64,000 nt of DNA from assembly GCA_010909165.1 (NCBI GenBank), contig VJWM01000202.1:62001-126000 (forward strand). Direction: 5' to 3'. Positions within the stretch are counted from its first letter, which is position 1. Each line of letters opens with the position of its first letter. Positions 55,001 through 64,000 of this stretch are shown one piece after another. The notes beneath the pieces are model-generated. The model did not search any database and had not been told where the DNA came from. It was given only the letters and a program-made list of their open reading frames with translations. Position numbers and translations under genes: made by a program. This DNA comes from Anthoceros angustus. Taxonomy: Eukaryota; Plantae; Anthocerotophyta.

Positions 55001-57609
55001 AGATTGAGTGGCACCCTCAGTGAGAGCAGTGGAAATGCGGGTAGCTATGTCTATGACTACAAGGTTGGTGAAATCCAGCCTATCACCTTTTTCTTCATTA
55101 CAGTAGAAAATCAGGGTTTGTCAGACTGGTAAAATATTGGTTTGTTTCTTTTCATCAAGGTGTATGAGAATTCTTGCTGGTCAATTATCTACTTTCTTGG
55201 ATTTGCAGCAGATGTCTGAAGCTGGAGATTCAGAGTTAGAGTCTCCGAGTACTTCCATACCAGTCAAAACAAAAGGCTCACATGCTGGTTGGTCCAGGCC
55301 TAAGCGTCAAGGGCCTGATGAGCGAACTAGTCCAGTTGCACTTTTGGAAAATGGATCTTACCTACATAGTAGGACCTCCTGGACCGACACGAACTCTGCT
55401 GGATCCAGTCCAAGAATGACTAGCACCTCTGGTCCAGGACCTGGGCATCATTTCATACATTTGAAACCTCAGAACTCTGCTTCTAGTGGGCATCGTACCT
55501 CTTTATGGGGGCTCTCTGCGGTAAGATGTGGTCACTGATATTTCTTGTAGTGAAATTTGTGTATGTTGAACCAAAGTGCAAGATGTCAAGCAGGGCTTGA
55601 GCCAGCAGCCTGCGTTTTGTGTTGAGCCACTGGATTACTGTGAGTAGCTAAGCAGCATTCTTCTACAGAGTGGTAGCAAGAGTGCGCCTTCAGATCCAAA
55701 TGACTCCTCTGGTGAAGAAGAGTAAGTTCTCCTCTTCACTCTGTTGACTACATGTTGCAGGCTTAAGAGTTGGAAGGTGTATAACATGGGTGACCTGAAC
55801 ATATGGCTGAGCCTTCTTGCAGGCTTGCTATACACAGGCTGGAAGTAACCTGCAGTGATTTACATCAAAAAATTGCTAAGGAAGTAAGTCAATATGCTTC
55901 TGACCGTGCTTGTTGTACAATTTTCCAAAAAGGGAATGAGGGTTTTGTGATCTGCCCTTGCTGGGTTGTTTATTCTTGTTTGTGGACCAATTGCAGGTGA
56001 AAGGAAATTCTATCTTGCAAGCAAGTTTGGAAAGGAGGAAACAAGCACTTCATGATAGGCGTATAGCTCTTGAACAAGATGTATGATTCAAATCCCTTTT
56101 ACCAGCTTGCTTGAGGTGGGGCTGCCAGCTAATCATGCAGGCCACTTCTTCTTGCAGGTTGCACGATTGCAAGAGCAGCTTCAAGCAGAACGAGACTTGA
56201 GAGCTGCTTTAGAGATTGGTCTGACGACCTCACAACTGGCATCTCCTCAAAACTTGGAACCCAAAGTCAGAGTTTGCTATAATTTGGTTTCCTTGTGGAC
56301 CATGAGAATCTATTATTTGCTGCCTGACATGAATTTGGTTTAACTGGGTGTAGACACGAGCAGATCTGGAGGAGATAGCTGGTGTGGAGGCAGAGGTCGC
56401 CAGACTCAAACAAAAGGTTGCTGATCTACATTCACAATTGAACCAGCAAAGGCACCATGGTGAAAATTCGTCTGAAAGGACACATCGGGTGAAAACTCTT
56501 CAAGCTCAACAGTAAGTGTAGTGTGTAGTTAATTGAGCTTCATCAAGCTCGTGATGACCTTCATCAAGCTCGTGATGACCTTCATCAAGCTTGTGACGTT
56601 GATGAGGTTGTGCTTTTAACAGGAAAGTTCTACAGCAGGAGCTTGACCTTACTCTTGCTCTGTGCCACCAAGAAAAGCAGAAGAATGATGAGGTACTTCC
56701 TTTGCTCATGGCTTCTGGCTTCCATACCCCCCTAGAACACTGAAAATGTGCTGAATCCTTTGGGAAGTAGAGACAGCCCCAAAATGACGTCTGTAGTGTG
56801 GACAATTCTTCTGGTTGTCTTGTCATTGTCTACATTCCTTTGCTGACGCCCTTTTTGATCATCCATCAGCACCTTGAAAGCCTTGTTGGACAAGATGAAA
56901 CTGCTGCTCTGGAGCAAATGCTGGCACAACAACGTCAGGCTATTTCTGAGGCAAAGGTTCCAACAGGATCCTGTTTGTATGGAAATGGAGTAACTTTGTC
57001 GAATGTGAAAGATCTCTACATGAAGATTATGGATCTTGAAAATGATGCATTTGGTTTGGCATGTAGGAAGCCCTGAGAGCAGAGAAAATGCGAGGACAAG
57101 AGTATCGACGACGCTCAAGCCAGCAGCAAGATGCTGGCTCTGGAGATTGGAGAACCTTGAGGCCTCCTCCAGGACCATCTGCAGCTGGAAGGCAGTTTGC
57201 TTGGAGACACAGAGGAGATGGGTTGGATCCGGCTGATGGTAAACTCAACGGATCACCGTCTGATCTGGGAAATGGTAGCTCAGGTGAAGACATCCCTGCT
57301 GGAAGGAAATCGTCATATGATCTGGAGGTGATGACCAAAATTCTGTTTCTCTGCCTTTGTACAGTATGTTCCTTGGAGTTTGAGGTCTGTCTGATCATGC
57401 TGATTTTGTCCTTCTTGCAGGGGTCTCAGCCAAGAGCCATCCAGCGGCAACCTGTGGCATCTGCTGCTCTGGTTGAACTAACATCACGTCTGGATTTTTT
57501 TAAGGAGCGACGGTCTCAATTGATGGAACAGCTCCACAACCTTGACCCAACGTTAGCCCCACATTCTCTTGATCTTCTGCATGCAAGTGCTCCTTTGTTG
57601 AGTCCCTAG
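52055..57609 (+). CDS. REN1: PH-domain Rho GTPase-activating protein with C-terminal coiled coils (REN/PHGAP/ROPGAP7 family), ~20 exons
   Basis: VFKSGPLYISSK, WKSWKRRWFILTR, LTLGGIDLNNSG, GRPILLALEDIDGSPSFLEKAL, VEGILRQSADV, NRMSSSAVAACMAPLLLRPLL, LQEQLQAERDLRAALE, LTSRLDFFKERRSQLMEQL. Confidence 0.92.
56538..56597. repeat. 21-bp intronic tandem repeat, ~3 copies
   Basis: cttcatcaagctcgtgatgac repeated. Confidence 0.8.
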
Positions 57610-59269
57610 CATTTTCATTGAACGGCAGCTGAAAGTTGCAGCATAGATTAGTTTTCTGTGACATGCTCATTCATGTACAGCGGATTTGCTCACAGCTATC
57701 TGTTCTGCTTTGTGGGTGATATTTCATCAGTTGTAATGTTCATGTGTGCTGAGCTTGTGCGGGTTCTAGAAATGTTCTGTTGCTGTAGTAGAAATTCGTC
57801 TTAGGTCATCATTCCTTCCAGCATTTTATAGCTACTGGGTTGAACAACTTGTTGTGCAATGCAGTATGCAGTCATTCTTCAGCAGTTCCGAGGTTTCGTT
57901 TACATTTTTCCTTTTTTGTGATATTGGGTTGTCGCCTAACTGTCCGTTGCCCATATCTTGAATCACTGTTTTGTTGTCGTGCGAGTGGTCGCAGTTGTGC
58001 GGCACATGCCAAGGTTCTGGAAGGAAATATGTTACGGTTGCAATATTGAGACCCTTCTAGTGCTCCAATTCTGCATCCCGGAGACTCCGACCTTGTCTTA
58101 CTTTGCTAGTCTTATTGGTTGTGCATTTCTGAGCTTTACTGGAAGCTGAAAATTGCATGGCCGGTCGATGATTTTCTTAAAACTTGTCGTCCACCCCAAC
58201 AGAACCTACCGTACATCAGGCACCACTGAAATTGGCCCCATTTGCCGCGCGGGTGTTTGTACGTGTCAAATGTAAAATTTTGGCAATTCCAGTCTCTTGT
58301 CCGTCTCTGTTGTGCATGCTGGCAGGGGGATAATGGGAATAACCTGTGGCATTAGTAAACTAACAACTGCATTTCTTCTGTCTGAATTCTTTCTTTATGG
58401 GGCTCGATACTGGATTAGGTCAATTGAGGTGTTGTTTTGTGGTTGGATATTGACTTCTTGTAGTATGGTTTGGTTGTGAATACACCTGTTTAATTATCTA
58501 ATAGGTTATGCAAGTTTTCTTAAAGTATGGTGTTGCCATCTAGCTGTTTGGTTTAGATGTTATAATTTTGTATTTGCTTTTTTAAAAGACTGTTTGGTTT
58601 GAGATGTTATAGTAAAACTTTAATTTCTAAAAGTCCGAGAGTACAGTGCGATTTAGATAATGGTTTTTATTATATATAAAAGTGGATACTAATGATATTT
58701 TGACTATCTACAAATTATGATTCAATCTTAAAATGTATATTTTCTATATGCATGCAGGTGGAGTGATCAAGTACTTGATGGTGTGGCAGATGTTGTAGCT
58801 GATGCTTTAAATTGGATGTTTAGGGAGTAAAGAGAAATGTAATAATCTTTTATCTCTTAAATCATATCTTGGGTGAAAAGGGCACGTACTAGATTTTAAA
58901 GCTAATAGCAATTTGCAAACACTTGAAGTGATTATCTTATATATCTTATAACTTATTGGATTACAGCTAAATTGAGGTGATCTCCTTAGGTAAAGTGAGG
59001 TGATCTGATTAGTTGAGATCCCGGCCTAGATCAATAAGTTTCAAAGAAAATAAAAAGCTTTGAGAAAAATAAAATATTAAAATGATAGTAAGATTAAAAA
59101 TTATAGCTGATTCGCAGTTCTACCTTGTAGACTATAGTAGGACATTATGGACCTCCATTGGTCTTGTGCTCTTGTGAAGCTGTATGGACTCCCACGGGAC
59201 TGGTGCTCTTGGGCACGTCTAGTAACTTGTGTGGACACTCAATTACCATAGAGTAACCTCACTTGTGCA

Positions 59270-60410
59270 CATTGAATAAACATGGTGCTCTTGTGCACAT
59301 TGCGTAACTTAGTTTAGTGTTCATGTGCACATTGAGTAACTTGATTTAGTGTTCTTGTATACATGAAGTAACTTGGTATAGTGTGCCACACTGCATAGTA
59401 GGTTTCTACTGCCTCCTCTTTGTATGCGCTTTTCGGCTAGATCATGAACTCTTTGTATGAGCTTTTCGGCTAGATCATGAATTTGTGTACTCAGCTATTG
59501 CGAGCTGTCAGCTTGTCTACATTGTGACTATTGTGATGATAAGCATGAGTGACCACAATAATAACAACAACTGCACCAGTTGTGATCCTAGTCTCCTGCC
59601 AAAGCTTATACTCGCATTAACTTCCTCCTGCCAAAGCTCATACTCTCATTAACTTCCTCCTGCCAAAGCTCGTACTCTCATTAACTTCCTCCTGCCAAAG
59701 CTCATACTCTCATTAACTTCCTCCTGCCAAAGATCATACTCTCATTAACTTCATTGTGACTATTGTGATGATGAACATGAGTGATTATAATAATAACAAC
59801 AACTGCTCCAGTTGTGATCCTAGTCTCCTGCCAAAGCTCATACTCTCATTAACTTCCTCCTGCCAAAGCTCATACTCTCATTAACTTTCTTCATTAATTC
59901 TGCCGTCATTAGTGGCTGCCAAAGCTCAATCAATACCCTCATTAAATTCCCTCAATAATTATGCCATCATTAGTAAGTGTAAAGATCACGTTTGGCATGT
60001 ACCTTAACCTTTTGTCGAGCTTTAAATGGAACCTTGCTTTGCAACTTTGCTATGTATCTTAACCTTGGTCGTGGTTTCAATTGAACCTTGCTTTGCAATT
60101 TTGCTATATATCTTAACCTTGGTCGGGCTTTGAATTAAACCTTGCTTTGTAATTTTAGTTAATATTCCATGTTTGCACTGAAAATAACCTTCTTGAAAAT
60201 TATTTTTAGTGCTCAACTTGAGTCAAGTGAGTGGAAGCCCATTTTCAGTGCTCAAGTTCTTACAAATGTGCTCCATTTAACCAAAGCTATTTGAACTTAG
60301 TGCTCAAGTTAAGTCTAGTGAGTGGACGCCTCTTTTCAGTGCTAAAGTTCTTATAAGTGTGTTTCCATTTAGCCTAAGCCATTTGGGCTCAATGCTCAAG
60401 TTGAATCTAG
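59270..60410. repeat. Minisatellite cluster
   Basis: ~30-bp gtgcacattg..taact units (59270-59380); 33-bp x2 (59417-59481); 32-bp ctcctgccaaagctcatactctcattaacttc x~7 (59594-59887); ~60-bp units at 60000-60150. Confidence 0.8.
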
Positions 60411-60729
60411 ACCAGTCCAGCATTTTTAATCGTAGAAATAATTAAATATTATTTTCAAAATAATTATTATAGAATTTTATAATATATTTTAAATAATATA
60501 AAATATAAATAAAATAAGAAAACCAAGCCCTCCACTAAATGAAAGAGGCAAGGACAAAGAGTAAAGTAAGCGCCGGATAGAAAAATGAGCAAGTTAATTA
60601 TCGTGTAACTAATGAACTACGAGCTACATAGTGAATGAACTATGAGCTAGGAAAGTCTAACGCCTAGCCTTTGAAAGTAATATATCTATTGAGAACCTCT
60701 TCCTCTTTTTTCTATAAATATATTTTAAA

Positions 60730-61260
60730 ATTATTTATTTATTTATAACATAATAGGTCCACAATCAAACATAGGGGATCGGGCCCAAAAGACTTGGAGC
60801 TCCATGGGACAGAGGGGGAGGTGAGCCACTACTTAACCGCGCAAGGGAGGAAAATCGGCTCAAGGGGGATCCGGTTTTCCCTGAAACACAGAGGAGTTCC
60901 TAGAAAGCCGGATCCCTTGCAAGGCAAAAGCAGCTAAGAGGAACGAGGGAGCCAGACAGGGAGAAGGGCGAAGGGAAACAAGAAAGGCGTGGGGCGAAGG
61001 CTGGGCTGCCATGTGGGTGGGAAACCTGTTGCGACGATGGCCCCGAAACGATTGCATTGAAGAGCAAAAGAGAAAACAGATGATGAGCTGATTCTGACAT
61101 GAGAGGCACATGGGACAGGGCGGAGAGATAGGAGCGAACTTGGCGAGCCTCAGCTTGGAGAGAAGAGCCTGGTAAAGAAGCAACCAAATAAAAGATTGTA
61201 TATTCGGTGATAGCACACTACACCAGAGAGCTCGAAAAGTTTGTCTCCATCATCGCTTGG
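60730..61260 (-). mobile_element. 3' fragment of an L1-type LINE (zf-RVT region)
   Basis: FRALW..LSPNIQSFIWLLLYQALLSKLRL..CPMC..ESAHHLF; A-rich tail toward ~60730. Confidence 0.7.
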
Positions 61261-61395
61261 CAAGGGGAGAAGATCAAAGCTGGTTAAGCTTGAGAGCAGG
61301 ACAAACCGTTGGAGAGCTGGAGTTGTTCACTGCCTTCGCTGAGATGCTATCCAGTCCAGTTCTCCATGACAACTTGTTGGTTTAAGTAGAGTTCT

Positions 61396-64000
61396 TGTTG
61401 AAGACCCAGCTGACACATGAATAGTTCACACCACTCATGAACAGTCACATCCCATCACCATCCCTGAACCGTCGCACCTCCTCGCTGATCGCCTGCACCC
61501 ACACACATATGACCACAGGAGCCTAAATGTAATCTGTAAGAAATCTGCAATAAGAGATCAACAGTCGTACCTACCGTGTACTTCCTTATGGTATCAGAGC
61601 CGGAGTATCCGACATGCCATTGAAAGGACCGTCACCTCATGGCTTGTGGCAGGGGAGCCCGCTCGTGGGCAAGACCGGCTCATGAGGAACACCGGACTCC
61701 CCAATTAACCTATTCCCCTCACGGCGTTCTAAGGTGCGAATGCAGACCCGTGAAAAGAATCGAACAAGTAGCCACAAATCCAAGATAGAGCAAATTCCCT
61801 ACCTTCGACAACCGCGTGCTGAGGAAGCTCTACCAACTCGAAAATAAGGTGCATGTTGAGACTCGCCTGCTGCGTACCCTCCTCGGCATCATCTTGAGAG
61901 ACGTGAGGGACCTCCTCCAGGCGTGTGAGGCCTGTCGCACGAGGTAAGCACTTGAATTCATATAAGCACTTCAACAGGAGGGAGTAGCTCGCGCATTGTG
62001 GCACAAACACACTCTCCCCACGAGAACAACACGCAAATTCCTCACACACGCCTCGAGTCATAGCTTTGGCCTCACAACACCACAGATATCTAGAGGACAA
62101 GCTATGATATGAGCTTGTCCTCAATGGAAGGGTCTATATATACTAGACACTGGCATCGGCATATTCTAAAGATATCCTATTGGCATATGCCAGAAATATC
62201 CTAAGAATACACTATAATATGCAAGGAATATGCCAAAGCATATTACTTGAGCTTATCCACTTAGCTATTGTATCCTAAGAATATACTAATATGCAAGGAA
62301 TATGCCAAAGCATATTACTTGAGGTTATCCACTTAGCTATTGCTAACCATGTTTAATTAACACTAATCAATGCTTAATTAACATAAGCACCTTAGATTAA
62401 TTAACACTAATCCATGCTTAATTAACATAAGCATCTTAGATTAATTAACACTAATTACTTACTTAAAGATAAGTAATTAGATTAATTAATGCTAATCAAA
62501 CACTAAACCCAAGTGCAGAGATTAGTATCACACGACATGACAGGCCCCATCCAATCCTGGCCCAAGCCATCGCTCCCATCAGCGTTGAAGCCCCGTGAAG
62601 AAAAACCCTAACCATGTCCTCATCCAGGAGCCGGGCCGAGGCGCTGGCAGCGCTAGTAGTGCAAAGCCGCCGTGGTGGCGCCATCACCAAAACCCTGCTA
62701 ACCAACACTTTGCTAGCCTCCAGATTGAAATCAAAGAAAAGGACAGGTTTACGGGAGTAGACTACGACGTCTGGGCTACCCGGATGCAGGGACATCTCGA
62801 AGACGCCGACCTCTGGACAATAGTCGATGGGTCGGTGCCCTGCCTAGCAAACGGAACCCCGGACTACGACCAGTGGATGAAATCGGACAGAAGAGCCCGC
62901 AACCTCCTCATCGCTGGCCTCAACAAAGACATGGTTCACCACACCTTCGGTGCCTCAACCGCACAAACTATCTGGGAACAATTTACTCAGATGTTCGAAG
63001 CCACCGACGCCCAACACTCTGCCACTGCAACACGGAATTTCCACAACCTTAGATATAAGGACGGGGAAAGCATCCAGGCACACCTCAGCACCTTCCGCAC
63101 ATTGAGAGCAAGACTGGCCTCCTGCAGAACTACCCTAATAGAGGATCAGGCGGCCATAGCCCTCCTGATGACCCTGCCGCCAAGCTGGAGGACATTTGTT
63201 GCAACCCAGAACGGCCTCATGAAGCAGTCTGCACACGCGAAGAAGCTGAAGCTAAGAGAACTCATGACTCTCTCGGAGGTCATCGCTGCAATTATTGAGG
63301 AGGACTCTGCTAGGGGTCCTTCCAAGAGTGCAGCCCCAGCACAAGCCCTCTTCACCTCACGTTCTAACGGACAGAGACAGACGCGAAACAAGAATTGGCA
63401 AAGCAGGAAGGGAGGGGAAGGCTCTTCCCAAGGATCAGGCCCTGCTAACCCCCGTCATAAGGGGAACTACAACTGGTGTAGGAAGCTAGGGCACTATGAA
63501 CGAGAGTGCCGCAGCAAGCAAGCCGGTGAACCAAGGAAACTAGGTTCCCCAAGTGCTCAACTTACACAGCAGAGACCTCCAACAATTCTAATTACCACAC
63601 TGACCATCACCATTGGAAGCTGCTCCTCCTGGTACTTGGACAGCGTGCATCAGCTCATGTCTGTAAAGACCGTAATTGTTTCAACACCTATCGTACCCTA
63701 CATGGAGGAGGATTGATTTATGTGGCTAACAACAGGTCTGCAGAAGTGATTGGCACTGGCACAATTATCCTACAGTGCAGCACTGGAGGCACAATATTAC
63801 TTTCAGACGTGCTCCATGTGCCCAAGGTCAGTAAGAACCTGGTGTCTAGTGAGCACTCTAATGGATGACAAGCAATACGAGGTTCACTTCAAGGCTCAGA
63901 AATGCGAGATTTGTCCCCATGATAACCCCGTCGATGTTACATGCCACGGATTAAAGGAAGACAGGCTCTACCTCTTAGAAGCCTCCTCTCTTCTAGGAAC
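61396..64000 (+). mobile_element. Ty1/copia LTR retrotransposon, 5' part (LTR, PBS, gag-protease), decayed
   Basis: PBS TGGTATCAGAGC at 61589-61600; gag ORF 62595-63716 (DYDVWATRM..LWTIVDG, LLMTLPPSW, knuckle CRKLGHYEREC with first Cys lost, protease WYLDS); LTR start uncertain. Confidence 0.85.
61615..62532 (-). mobile_element. Solo LTR nested in the copia leader
   Basis: TG...CA termini flanked by 5-bp TSD CGACA (61610-61614 and 62533-62537); TATATATA at ~62135; internal ~80-bp repeats; orientation inferred. Confidence 0.8.

Noticed and set aside
58770-58812. ADVVADAL-like peptide resembling gypsy RNase H
   Set aside because: Too short and isolated to support a feature
59594-59887. 32-bp repeats as a CRISPR array
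   Set aside because: Head-to-tail with no unique spacers, eukaryotic context, no cas genes

Overview
Gene-dense eukaryotic nuclear window from a non-seed land plant. Short 80-120 bp introns, a plant-type TPP riboswitch and a WW-type PLS PPR point to a hornwort-like genome; this is inference. The left part holds THIC (minus strand, TPP aptamer in a 3'-UTR intron) head-to-head with THI1, about 970 bp ATG to ATG. Next come an intronless class-3 lipase/P-loop gene, an RLPH-type phosphatase, a 2OG-Fe(II) oxygenase, a PLS-E(WW) PPR, FKBP20-1 and LPP-gamma. The middle holds a small family of unusually Met-rich, secreted 11S-globulin-like bicupin genes: one internally duplicated or chimeric locus, and one pseudogene split by about 12.4 kb of inserted DNA. 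Among them are 18S and tRNA-Glu pseudogene fragments, a 1.9 kb TIR element with 20-bp GC palindromes, and a decayed Sola-like DDD transposase lying divergent to ParB-like and amino-methyltransferase-like ORF remnants. The right part holds a PH-RhoGAP (REN/PHGAP) gene, minisatellites, a LINE 3' fragment, and a Ty1/copia element with a solo LTR nested behind its PBS. Some frameshifts and exact duplications may be long-read assembly errors. Protein family calls come from recognising motifs by eye, not from database searches.
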